61,118 nt of DNA from contig DAORUD010000001.1 of NCBI GenBank assembly GCA_035433005.1, positions 1-61,118 on the forward strand, written 5' to 3'. Positions within the stretch are counted from its first letter, which is position 1, and each line of letters opens with the position of its first letter. This DNA comes from Arenimonas sp. GTDB taxonomy: Bacteria; Pseudomonadota; Gammaproteobacteria; Xanthomonadales; Xanthomonadaceae. Below, piece after piece: positions 28,120 to 43,062 of the stretch. The notes under the pieces were generated by a model that saw only the letters and a program-made list of their open reading frames with translations, searched no databases and was not told where the DNA came from. Both the position numbers and the translations under genes were made by a program.

Positions 28120-28731
28120 TCAGCGGACGCGCAGCGGACCGGGACGGTAGGCGCTGGTGTAGCCGCGGCGGGCGTAGCCGGAGCTGTCGCCGTAGCCGGT
28201 GCCGCCGGACTGGCGGTTGCGGCGGTGGTGCATGCGGTCCACCAGTTCGTCGCGGCGGGCTTCGAGCCAGTCGGCGCGGCCCAGGGTGGCCGGGTCCAGG
28301 CCGCGGCGGTCGGCGCCGGTCTGGCGGAAATCGCAGAACTCGTCGTAGGCCTCGATTTCGTACTTGAGTTCCTTCACGCACATCTCGATGGCGATGGCGT
28401 CGTCGAAGTAGCCCAGCACCGGCACGTTGTCCGGGATCACGTCCTTGGGGTCGGCGAAGTACACCAGGGCCGACAGCACGCGCTGGCGGTCTTCTTCGGG
28501 CAGGTGCCAGCCTTCGTCGGTGGCCATCGCGATCAGGGCGTCCAGTCGGTCCAGGCGCTCGGCGATGAAGTCGGGCACTTCGACCTTGCCGGCCTCGACC
28601 AGCAGCGCGGACGCGGCGGCGATGATTTCATCGGCGGACTTGCTGCCGGCCGTGGCGCGGGCGGCTTCCAGGGCCTGGGTGAAGTGGGCGAGGTCGCGGT
28701 CGGAGAGTTCGAAGCTGATGGCGAGAGGCAT
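28120..28731 (-). CDS. YkvA/DUF1232 family protein
   Basis: ALVYFADPKDVIPDNVPVLGYFDD; start MPLAISFEL. Confidence 0.85.
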   Translation of the reverse strand: MPLAISFELSDRDLAHFTQALEAARATAGSKSADEIIAAASALLVEAGKVEVPDFIAERLDRLDALIAMATDEGWHLPEEDRQRVLSALVYFADPKDVIPDNVPVLGYFDDAIAIEMCVKELKYEIEAYDEFCDFRQTGADRRGLDPATLGRADWLEARRDELVDRMHHRRNRQSGGTGYGDSSGYARRGYTSAYRPGPLRVR

Positions 28732-28828
28732 GCGGGTGGCCCGGCAGTGGTTTGTAAAGACGGCCAGCCTAGGCCGGGGCCGGTTCCCCGTCAATCGAAC
28801 GCCCCGGGCCACGACCCTGGCCGCGCGC

Positions 28829-30670
28829 TCAGAGGATAGGCACCAGGCCGGCGCCGAAGGCCGTGAGGATGCGGGTGTAGACGGTCTTGAGCGGCAGGTC
28901 CACCTCGGGGAAGGCGCCCACGTCCTGGTAACACGCATGGAAGCCCGGCTGGCCGGGCCCGACCGGGTTGCAGCCGGGCTTGAGCTCATAGCTGGTGGCA
29001 TACGGGAAGGGCCACAGGTCGAAGATGGGCAGCTTTTCCGACAGCTTGCCCAGGCTGTAGTTGAGCCCCGACAGCACCGGCGGCTTTTCCTGGGCCGCGA
29101 TAAGCCAGGCGTTGCCGGGCTGCATGTCCAGCCGGATGCTGGCCGACAGCGCCGCGGCGAATTCGGCGTCGTGCACCACCACCATGGACTCGGTGTTGTA
29201 GTCGTCCGAGCGCGGGTCGAAGTTGTGGCTGCCGACCACGCCGATGCGGTCGTCCACCACCAGCGACTTGGCGTGCAGGCCGATGCGCACGCCGGCGCGC
29301 TTGAGCGGCACCGGGCCGCTGGCCGAGCCGCGCGAACCGGAGCCGAACATGGGCAGCGTGGCCGCGCGCACTTCGCCCAGCGCGCCGGTGGCGGCGACGT
29401 TGATGGGCGAACTTTCCGGGTACGGTTTGTATTCGTGGATGCGGAAGCCCAGCTCGCGCAGGTACAGGCGCTTGTACTTGTGGCTCATCGCGTACACCGG
29501 GAAGGCGTCGGTGGCGGCCAGCGAATTGGTGGACACCAGGATGGCCGGTCGGTCGGGCCGGGCGCGCAGTTCGCGGAACAGCCGGCGCGCCGGCCGCGAC
29601 AGCACCAGGTAGGGCGTTTGCAGCACCAGCTCGCTGCGGGTGCCCGCCACCAGGTCGCGCATGGCCAGCGACGCGTCTTCCTCGGGCGGCTGCTGGCCGG
29701 CGTGCTTCTCGGGCAGGTCGCCGTAGAAATCCACGCGGCCCACCGCCTGCACCAGCGGGCGGAAGCGCTCGTACACCGCATTGCCGTCGCCCGCCTCGGC
29801 GCGCATGGCCTGCACGCGCAGCGAACGCTCGGCGCCGGGCGCCAGCAGCTTGTTCTGCGGCACGCCGTTGGCGCGCAGCAGGCGCGCGGCCACGTCGCGC
29901 AGGCGCTCGGCCGGCACGGTGCGCTCGTAGGTCCAGAAGGCCTGGAAGTTGGCGGCCATCGCCTTGGCCACCGGGCCCGCCACCAGCACGTCGCGGTCGC
30001 GGTAGTTGTAGCCCCCGGCCCAGTCGAAGTAGCGGTCCTGGATGTTGCGGCCGCCCATGATGCCGGCCTGGCCGTCCACCAGCAGCAGCTTGGTGTGCAT
30101 GCGCTGGTTGAAGCGGGTGAAGCAGCACAGGATGCCCGCGGCGTACTGCAGGGCCTGGGTCCTGGCTTCGTCGAAGGTGGGGTTGTACAGCCGCAGCTCG
30201 AAGTTGCGGTGCTGGCCCGCCAGCGTGGCCTGCAGGTTGGGGTCGGGCAGGCCGTACAGCTGGTCCAGCAGCACGCGCACGTGCACGCCGCGGCGCGCCG
30301 CGGCCAGCAGTTCGTCCAGCACCAGCAGGCCGCTGTCGTCGGCGTCGAAGATGAAGGACTGCAGGTCGATGCTCTTGCGCGCCGCGCGGATCAGGTGCAC
30401 GCGGGCCAGCAGCGCGTCCTGGCCGCGGTCGAGCAGCACCACGCTGTGCCGCGGCGCGCCCGGCGCCGAATCGGCGTGGGCCTGGTAGCCCAGGGCCAGC
30501 AGCGGCGAGGCCACGGCGCAGTCCACGTCCGCCTGGCAGCCCACCACGTCGCTCTGCCCGGCGTGCGCAAGTTCCACCGCGGCCTGCTGTTCGCGCTTGC
30601 TCAGCGACGAACAGCCGGCCAGGGCCAGCAGCGCGGCGGCGGCAAGGGCGAGTCGCATCGGGGACGTCAT
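28829..30670 (-). CDS. phospholipase D / ClsC-like lipoprotein
   Basis: Two HKD motifs (HTKLLLVD, HAKSLVVD); lipobox LAGC; exact start uncertain. Confidence 0.9.
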   Translation of the reverse strand: MTSPMRLALAAAALLALAGCSSLSKREQQAAVELAHAGQSDVVGCQADVDCAVASPLLALGYQAHADSAPGAPRHSVVLLDRGQDALLARVHLIRAARKSIDLQSFIFDADDSGLLVLDELLAAARRGVHVRVLLDQLYGLPDPNLQATLAGQHRNFELRLYNPTFDEARTQALQYAAGILCCFTRFNQRMHTKLLLVDGQAGIMGGRNIQDRYFDWAGGYNYRDRDVLVAGPVAKAMAANFQAFWTYERTVPAERLRDVAARLLRANGVPQNKLLAPGAERSLRVQAMRAEAGDGNAVYERFRPLVQAVGRVDFYGDLPEKHAGQQPPEEDASLAMRDLVAGTRSELVLQTPYLVLSRPARRLFRELRARPDRPAILVSTNSLAATDAFPVYAMSHKYKRLYLRELGFRIHEYKPYPESSPINVAATGALGEVRAATLPMFGSGSRGSASGPVPLKRAGVRIGLHAKSLVVDDRIGVVGSHNFDPRSDDYNTESMVVVHDAEFAAALSASIRLDMQPGNAWLIAAQEKPPVLSGLNYSLGKLSEKLPIFDLWPFPYATSYELKPGCNPVGPGQPGFHACYQDVGAFPEVDLPLKTVYTRILTAFGAGLVPIL

Positions 30671-30845
30671 GGGGACAGCTTCAGCCATCGGCGGGGGTTG
30701 GGGAAGGGTATGCCATGCGCGGCCGCGAGACTGAACCCGGCCCGCATGGCCGTCCGCGCCGCACGGCCCCGATACAAACCCTGCACGCCCCCCACGCCTT
30801 GGCGCCCCCGCGCCCGGAGTCCCCCACGTCCCTGGAGTTCCACCC

Positions 30846-31649
30846 ATGACACTGCGCTCAACGCTCGGCTGCCTCACCGTGGCCGTCCTCACCACCACGT
30901 TTGCCAGCGGCTGCATCATCGACAGGCGGCCCCTGCAGGGCTGGGCCGAGGTCACGCCCACCCTGGCCTGCCCCGGCGACACGGTGACGGTGGCCTACGA
31001 CTTCCTGCTCGATGAAACCTGCCGCAACGAGGAACAGTGCGCCGGCCTGCACCCCACGGTGGTGGTGTCCGCCGACAACGGCGCGTTCGCCACGCGCACG
31101 GTGACGGCCTACCAGCACAGCTTCGGCTTCACCCCCGAGGCGGACACCACCCGCGTCCACCTGGACATCGACCGCGGCTCGGTGCGCGTGCCCACCACCC
31201 GCGTGGACCCGGAAGGCCGGCCGATCGACGTGGTGAGGGAGAACCTGGACGACCTGTCCCGCGTGGTCACCGTGGTGCGCGGCAACCGCGAAACCGAACT
31301 GGTGCACGACGGCATGTGCGCCGGCGGCATGCCGGTGAACTCGCCCGAAGCGCTGCCCGGCGACGACACCAGCTCGCCCAACCTGCGCCTGGTGTCGCTG
31401 TGCAATCGCAACGGCGTCTCGGTGGTGGTCACCATCAACGGCAGCGAGCCGGGCGCCACCCACACCCAGGCCCTGGCGCCGGGCGAATGCCTGGACCCCA
31501 ACGCGCCGGGCGTGCCGTCGGGCATCGACCGCGGCGGCACGGTGGAGGTGCGCCCGATGTTCCCCGTCGGCGGCACCCTCTGCTCGGCCACCGGACCGAG
31601 CAGCCCGCCGCCGACCCTGCGCACCGTGGCCGTGATGGCCTGCCGCTGA
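30846..31649 (+). CDS. cysteine-rich lipoprotein of unknown function
   Basis: GGAG RBS, lipobox ASGC, 8 further Cys, beta-rich. Confidence 0.8.
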   Translation: MTLRSTLGCLTVAVLTTTFASGCIIDRRPLQGWAEVTPTLACPGDTVTVAYDFLLDETCRNEEQCAGLHPTVVVSADNGAFATRTVTAYQHSFGFTPEADTTRVHLDIDRGSVRVPTTRVDPEGRPIDVVRENLDDLSRVVTVVRGNRETELVHDGMCAGGMPVNSPEALPGDDTSSPNLRLVSLCNRNGVSVVVTINGSEPGATHTQALAPGECLDPNAPGVPSGIDRGGTVEVRPMFPVGGTLCSATGPSSPPPTLRTVAVMACR

Positions 31650-31677
31650 AATTCCCCACTCTTCCAGGACCCAGACC

Positions 31678-32313
31678 ATGAATCGCGCGAACCTGCTTTG
31701 CCTCGCCCTGGCGCTGTCGCTCGGCGTTGCCACCCCCCTGGCCGCAACGGCCGCCACCAGCGCCAGCGAACAGCTGCTGCTGATAGACAAGACCACCGGC
31801 AGCGGCGCGCTCAGCGTGCTGGTCACCACCTACGGCCCCGCGTCGCCCAAGACCGGCAAGCGCGACGGCGGCAAGCGCGTGCCGGCCACGCTGCTGTTCG
31901 AACGCCCCGACCGCTTCAAGCTGGTGCTCGACCCGGGCGGCAAGAACGAGCGCCGCATCGCCGGCGACGGCGACACCGTGCGCTGGTTCGACCTGGCCAC
32001 CGGCCTGCAGGGCAAGGCCAAGGCCAGCGACGTCACCGACCCCACCGTGCTGGCTCTGCTGGGCACCGTGGCCGAGCTGGGCACCTACGCTTCGTACAAG
32101 GACATTGCGCTGGGCAAGGGCAGCCCGGTCAGCGGCGCGCGCCTGGTGCCGGCGAGCTTCGGCGCGCAGGCGGTGTCGGTGAACGCCTGGCTGCACGCGG
32201 GCCAGCCGGCCGGGTTCGCGCTGGACATGGCCGACGGCGGCCGCGTGTTCGTGGCGGTGCTGGCGTTCAAGGCCAACGTGGCGCTGAAGCCTTCGGACTT
32301 CGAGATCTACTGA
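31678..32313 (+). CDS. secreted LolA-like protein
   Basis: Signal peptide; FERPDRFKL, IAGDGDTVRWFD and C-terminal LKPSDF resemble LolA motifs. Confidence 0.65.
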   Translation: MNRANLLCLALALSLGVATPLAATAATSASEQLLLIDKTTGSGALSVLVTTYGPASPKTGKRDGGKRVPATLLFERPDRFKLVLDPGGKNERRIAGDGDTVRWFDLATGLQGKAKASDVTDPTVLALLGTVAELGTYASYKDIALGKGSPVSGARLVPASFGAQAVSVNAWLHAGQPAGFALDMADGGRVFVAVLAFKANVALKPSDFEIY

Positions 32314-32325
32314 GCCGCCATCGCC

Positions 32326-32895
32326 TCAGGGGGCGGCGGCCTTGCGCAGCCGCACCCGGAAATCAAACACCACTTCGTCGCGCAGCCACATGCGCTGGCT
32401 GTTCATGCCGAAGCTGCGGCGGCTCACCCGGCCCAGCACGCGGATGTCGCAGCCGTGGCCGGGCCGCCTGCAGGCGCTGGGCGCCAGGGTGAAGGCCACG
32501 TTGCGGCTGCGGCCGCGCAGGTCCAGCTGGCCCTGCAGCGGACCGCCGCCCAGCAGCAGCGCGCGCTCGAAGGGTTCGGAGGTGAAGCGGATCTCGGGGT
32601 GGCGTTCGACGTCCAGGAAACTCTTCGAGCGCGTGCTGCGCAGCATCCAGCCGGGGCCGTCGAGGTCCAGGTCGCGTGCATCCACCCGCACGCGCACGCG
32701 CCAGCGGCCGTCGGGTTCGGGCTCGAGTTCGCCTTCGATGCGTTCGAACCGTCCGGGCACGTCGCCCGACAGGCGCAGCTTGACGCCGAAGCTGGCGGAC
32801 GAACGCGCCGGGTCGAAACTTTCGCGGGTCGGGGCGGCCATGGCCATGCCCACCAGTCCGGCCAGGCTGAGGGCGCCAAGCCAGGACCGGATCAT
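32326..32895 (-). CDS. YceI-family protein
   Basis: FDPARSSASF, FLDVERHPEIRF, GQLDLRG, VSRRSFGM. Confidence 0.85.
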   Translation of the reverse strand: MIRSWLGALSLAGLVGMAMAAPTRESFDPARSSASFGVKLRLSGDVPGRFERIEGELEPEPDGRWRVRVRVDARDLDLDGPGWMLRSTRSKSFLDVERHPEIRFTSEPFERALLLGGGPLQGQLDLRGRSRNVAFTLAPSACRRPGHGCDIRVLGRVSRRSFGMNSQRMWLRDEVVFDFRVRLRKAAAP

Positions 32896-32899
32896 TCCC

Positions 32900-33376
32900 T
32901 CACGGCCACCAGAACGCCGCCAGCTGGGCGATGCCCGGCTCCAGCGCCGCGTCGGCGGGCAGGGACAGCACGGCGATGCCGCCGGCCGGCATGCCGCGGA
33001 AATCGCCCGACTGGCCGGAGCTGAGCAGCGCCGCCAGCTGTTCGAAGCCCGGGTTGTGGCCCACCAGCAGCAGGCGGCTGGCGTCGCGGTTGTCGTCCAC
33101 CACCTGCATCAGGCGGCCGGGGGTGGCGTCGTAGATGCGCGGCTCCTGCCGCGTTTCGATGAAGCCCAGGGCGGCCAGGGCCTGTTCGGTGGTTTCGCGG
33201 GTGCGGCGCGCCGTCGAACAGACCACGCGGTCGGGGGTGTAGCCGTGTTCCTTCAGCCAGCGGCCGGCGGCTTCGGCCTCGGCCTGGCCCTGCAGCGACA
33301 GCGGGCGGTCGAAGTCTTCCTGGCCCGGGGCGGGCGGTTCGGCGTGGGCGTGGCGGAGCAGGATCAGTTCGCGCAT
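32900..33376 (-). CDS. sixA: SixA-family phosphohistidine phosphatase
   Basis: LLRHAHA, DRPLS, STARRTRET, LVGHNPG. Confidence 0.88.
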   Translation of the reverse strand: MRELILLRHAHAEPPAPGQEDFDRPLSLQGQAEAEAAGRWLKEHGYTPDRVVCSTARRTRETTEQALAALGFIETRQEPRIYDATPGRLMQVVDDNRDASRLLLVGHNPGFEQLAALLSSGQSGDFRGMPAGGIAVLSLPADAALEPGIAQLAAFWWP

Positions 33377-33409
33377 GGCAATCCTTGGCGGCGGGAAGGG
33401 GCTTGCGGG

Positions 33410-34042
33410 TCAGAGCGATTTCTTGAGCCAGCGCAGCAGCGGCGCCCAATCTTCCTGGTGGCTGCGGATTTGTTCGGAGTGGTAGTCGAACAGGCTCTTG
33501 CCCAGCGCGGCCATCAGCACGTAGGCCTGGGTGTCGCGCAGTTCGGCCACCACGGGGTAGGGCCAGGACTTGAGCTGGGCCACGGCCTGCTGTGAGGCGC
33601 TGGTCCAGGGCTTGAGGCGGTTGGCGACGATGCCCACGGGCAGCTTGCCTTTCTTCACCCGCGGGTGGGCCACCAGCGTGTTGAGGAAGGGCACGGTGGC
33701 CTCGAGGTCGATGGCCGAGGGCAGCACGGGCACGATGACGGCGTCGGCGATGTCCAGGAAGGCCACGAGGTCTTCGCCCATCGCGCCGGCGGGCGCGTCC
33801 ACCACCATGCGCTGGATGCCGTCGGGCAGGGACTTGTCCCAGCCCCGGCGGGTGCCGTCCAGCGGCAGCACGGCGGTGTCCATGTGGGCGCGCTTCTCGC
33901 ACCAGTGGGTGGACGACTTCTGCCGGTCGGCGTCGAGCAGGGCGGTGGCCTTGCCCTCCACCGCGAAGTGGGCGGCAAGGTTGGTGGACACCGTGGACTT
34001 GCCGGCGCCCCCCTTGGAACTGGCGACCAGGATCGTGCGCAT
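33410..34042 (-). CDS. ParA-family ATPase (orphan)
   Basis: Deviant Walker A KGGAGKST, LDADRQ, VVDAPA. Confidence 0.9.
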   Translation of the reverse strand: MRTILVASSKGGAGKSTVSTNLAAHFAVEGKATALLDADRQKSSTHWCEKRAHMDTAVLPLDGTRRGWDKSLPDGIQRMVVDAPAGAMGEDLVAFLDIADAVIVPVLPSAIDLEATVPFLNTLVAHPRVKKGKLPVGIVANRLKPWTSASQQAVAQLKSWPYPVVAELRDTQAYVLMAALGKSLFDYHSEQIRSHQEDWAPLLRWLKKSL

Positions 34043-34208
34043 GGCGTACCTCCGCGACGAGTGAGACCTCACTCTAACCCGGCTTGCGCGGCCTGCGGAA
34101 GGCGACCGAGCAGAAACTCTAATGCGGTGTGTGACCGTGGGGTTGACCCCGTTCCCGGTGCTTTCGCGCACGGTTGTGCGGGTCCCACATCCCACCTGCG
34201 GAGGGCGC

Positions 34209-40078
<5,870 letters not shown>

Positions 40079-40186
40079 GCCGCGGTTCGCGCCGCACCGG
40101 CGGTGGTCGCGGGCGGCCGCACGGACCGATGGCTGGAGAGCGGCGCCGCTGCCCGGCCCGTGGCCGGGCAGCGGCGCGACCGGGAC

Positions 40187-40774
40187 TCAGTCCGAGGTCG
40201 GATTGTTGCCGAACACGCAGCTTTCGCCGTCGTTGCCCACCACGTAGGGCGACGGGCAGCTGGCCGTGGTTTCGGTAAGGTAGGGCGGCACGTCGTAGTC
40301 GCCGATGCTGTTGGCGCCGATGTAGGGCTCCCAGCCGGTGCCGAACACGTAGTCGGTGCCCATCGTGAAGAAGTTGCCCTGGGCGCCGCCGGTCAGCAGG
40401 AAGCCCTGGTGCAGGAACGACCAGCCCAGGCCGAACTCGCCCTGCCAGTCGTCCTGGCCATCAATGGCCTTGACGCGCATTTCGCCGAACTTCAGGCCGT
40501 CCTTGATCGGGAAGGTGAAGTCCACGCCGGCGCCGTCCACGTCGCCGTCCGAATGCACGTTGACGTCGCGGTAGCCGATGACCAGCTCGGCCTGCGAGTT
40601 CGTGCCGAACTGCCAGTTGATGCCGGCGAAGAACTCATCGTCGCTCACCTTGTCCTGGCCGATCACGACCGTGGTGAAGGTGGGCGTGGGCGGCGGACCG
40701 CCCTTGCCGGCGAGCGCCGGGCCGGCGGCCAGGCCGAGCAGTGCGATGCCGGCGATACGGATCATTGGTTTCAT
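40187..40774 (-). CDS. secreted beta-strand-rich protein with Cys-pair tail
   Basis: Signal peptide MKPMIRIAGIALLGLAAGPALA; aromatic amphipathic strands; tail SCPSPYVVGNDGESC. Confidence 0.75.
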   Translation of the reverse strand: MKPMIRIAGIALLGLAAGPALAGKGGPPPTPTFTTVVIGQDKVSDDEFFAGINWQFGTNSQAELVIGYRDVNVHSDGDVDGAGVDFTFPIKDGLKFGEMRVKAIDGQDDWQGEFGLGWSFLHQGFLLTGGAQGNFFTMGTDYVFGTGWEPYIGANSIGDYDVPPYLTETTASCPSPYVVGNDGESCVFGNNPTSD

Positions 40775-40788
40775 GCGATTCCCCATGT

Positions 40789-42453
40789 CTAAGGTTTTGC
40801 CAGGCGATCCGCTGCGCGGATGGCCAGGGCCTGGATGGTGAGGGAAGGCGCCTCGCCACCGCCGGAGCTCGGGAACACGCTGGCGTCGCAGATAAGCAGG
40901 TTCTGCCACCCGTGCGCCTTGAGATCAGCGTCCACCACCGACGTTGCCGGGTCGCTGCCCATGCGGCAGGTACCGAAGACGTGGGCGGCGGAATAGAAAT
41001 CGTACGTCCCGTATTCTTCCACCAGGGTTTCCACCCCGGCTGCCTGCATTAATTGACGGCAAGAGCGGGCCATGGCGGCCAGCCGGCGCAGGGTCATGGG
41101 GTCGTTGTGGCTGTGGATGCGGGCCAGGGGCAGGCCGTTCGAGTCGCGCTCGGCCGGGTCCAGGTCCACGAAGGAGCCGTCGTTGGGCAGGAATTCGCCG
41201 GTGGCGCTGACCGCCACCGCGCGGCCGAACTGTTCGCGCACCCGGGCCTTGTGGGCGCGGCCCCAGCCGGGAATCGCGCGGCGAGCGTAGGACACCGGTC
41301 CGGCCAGGTCGGTTTCGTGGATGGCGGTGCTGAGCTTGTAGCCGCCCACCACGCCTTCGACGGCGTCGGGCCGGTTGAACTGCCAGCAGATGGCGTCGGC
41401 GGGCAGGCCGCCGAAGCTCGCCAGGTCCCGCGGCGCGAGGCCGACGCTGGTCCAGCCCGACGACTCCATCAGGTTGCGGCCCAGCTGGCCTGACTCGTGG
41501 GCGATGCGCTGCTTCGGGTGGGCGGCGTTGTGGGCCAGCAGCAGGCGCGGGGTTTCGATGGCGCCGCCGGCCAGCACCAGCTGCGGCGTTTCCACCCGCA
41601 CGCGCCGGCCGTCGGGGCCGACGTAGTCCACGGCGGCGATGCGCCGGCCGTCGCCCACCACCAGCGCCACCACGGTGCACGACGGCCGGATGTCGCAGCG
41701 GCCGCTGGCGCGCGCCTTGGCCGCGAAGGTGACGTCGGCCGAACCCTTGTCGCCGCGCGGGCAGCCGCGGTTGCAGCCGCCGCAGTAGTTGCAGGGCAGG
41801 CGGCCGTCGTAGGGCAGCGACAGCGCGGCGCGCGGGCTCACTTCCCAGGACCAGCCCAGGCCGCCGGCGCCCTCGCCCAGGAACCGCGATGCGCGGCAGA
41901 GCCGGTGCGGCGGCAGCGGGTAGGGCGCGCTGCGCCAGCGGTCGCCGGGTTCGGCGGGCCCGGCAACGCCGATCAGGTTCTCGGCCTCGATGTAGAACGG
42001 CTCCAGCGCCGCGTAGTCGAGCGGCCAGTCGGCGCCGGCGCCGTGCCGGGACCGCAGCTGCATCGAATGCGGATTCATGCGGTGCGCTTCGCCGGTGTAG
42101 TGCAGGGTGCTGCCGCCGATGCCGCGAACGTGGTGGTAGCCCTCGCCCGAGGCGATGCGGCGATCGCCGCGGTTGAAGCGGCCGTGGATGCGGTTCCAGG
42201 AGCGCAGGTCGTCGTACGCGGCCTCGAGCGGCTGCATGGGCGCGAAGGTGTAGCGGCCGCGGCTGCCGGGTTTTTCCGGGAAGCGCGACAGCTCCCAGTC
42301 GGGCTGGTCCAGGCGGTAGTCGGTGGCGGGGTCGAAGGCCGGGCCGGCGTCCAGCAGCAGCACGCGCCGGCCGTGGCTGGCCAGGCGCCAGGCCGCGGCG
42401 CTGCCGCCCGCGCCGGCGCCCACCACCACCACGTCGAAGGCCGGCGCGCTCAT
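40789..42453 (-). CDS. GMC-family FAD oxidoreductase
   Basis: VVVVGAGAGG, GIGGSTLHY, CNYCGGCNRGC, HVFGTCRMG. Confidence 0.92.
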   Translation of the reverse strand: MSAPAFDVVVVGAGAGGSAAAWRLASHGRRVLLLDAGPAFDPATDYRLDQPDWELSRFPEKPGSRGRYTFAPMQPLEAAYDDLRSWNRIHGRFNRGDRRIASGEGYHHVRGIGGSTLHYTGEAHRMNPHSMQLRSRHGAGADWPLDYAALEPFYIEAENLIGVAGPAEPGDRWRSAPYPLPPHRLCRASRFLGEGAGGLGWSWEVSPRAALSLPYDGRLPCNYCGGCNRGCPRGDKGSADVTFAAKARASGRCDIRPSCTVVALVVGDGRRIAAVDYVGPDGRRVRVETPQLVLAGGAIETPRLLLAHNAAHPKQRIAHESGQLGRNLMESSGWTSVGLAPRDLASFGGLPADAICWQFNRPDAVEGVVGGYKLSTAIHETDLAGPVSYARRAIPGWGRAHKARVREQFGRAVAVSATGEFLPNDGSFVDLDPAERDSNGLPLARIHSHNDPMTLRRLAAMARSCRQLMQAAGVETLVEEYGTYDFYSAAHVFGTCRMGSDPATSVVDADLKAHGWQNLLICDASVFPSSGGGEAPSLTIQALAIRAADRLAKP

Positions 42454-42956
42454 TCGATGCTCATGAAATAACCGGCCGGCTGCGGCGGACGATCCACCGC
42501 CATGCCCTTGAGCGCCGCGGGCTGGGAGTAGTAGTAGCCCATGGCCAGGTCGCGCACCAGGTCGAAGAAGCGCCGCTGCGGCGCTTCCCACGGCAGCTGC
42601 GACATGGCCTCCAGGATGCCGTTGCGCAGGCTTTCGTCGGCCTCGGCGAAGCGGCCGCCGGCGGCCTGGTCGAGCCACGCGGCGCTGAATCCGATCAGCC
42701 GCTGCAGCGGGGCGCTCCGGGCGGCTTCGGCGAGGATGCGCGCGGGCACGCCCAGGGCCGAGGCGCTGGGGCTGAGGTCATCGGCGGGAATCAGGGTGTC
42801 GCAGAAGGCGGCGAAGGTGGTGGAAGGGTCGGGCGCCACCGGGGCGGCGTCGGCCATCGCGGCCACGTCGCCGCCCCAGGCGATGGTGCCCGCCAGCGCG
42901 GCGCTGATGAGGGACAGCGCCTCGCGTCGGGTGAACGTGTGGGATCGTCTGGCCAT
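42450..42956 (-). CDS. gluconate 2-dehydrogenase subunit 3-like Tat protein
   Basis: TRREAL Tat motif; DTLIPADD..PSA and FFDLVRDLAMGYYYS. Confidence 0.82.
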   Translation of the reverse strand: MARRSHTFTRREALSLISAALAGTIAWGGDVAAMADAAPVAPDPSTTFAAFCDTLIPADDLSPSASALGVPARILAEAARSAPLQRLIGFSAAWLDQAAGGRFAEADESLRNGILEAMSQLPWEAPQRRFFDLVRDLAMGYYYSQPAALKGMAVDRPPQPAGYFMSIE

Positions 42957-43062
42957 GTCCGGATGCTAACGCAGGAAAGCGAGCGGCCGGGCCGGAACCT
43001 GCCTCGGGACTTTGCGCGCGAGGCGCTCCGGTATCATTCGCCTTCCCCGGGAAGGATGACCC

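Noticed and set aside
23860-28839. 1659-aa + strand ORF
   Set aside because: Antisense to five recognisable genes; no motifs
30732-30754. TGAAC..CGTC as an ECF sigma promoter
   Set aside because: Spacing shorter than typical and motif too short to support
33410-34042. ParA as sign of a plasmid or integrated element
   Set aside because: No parB, rep or integrase; sits among core genes next to gltB
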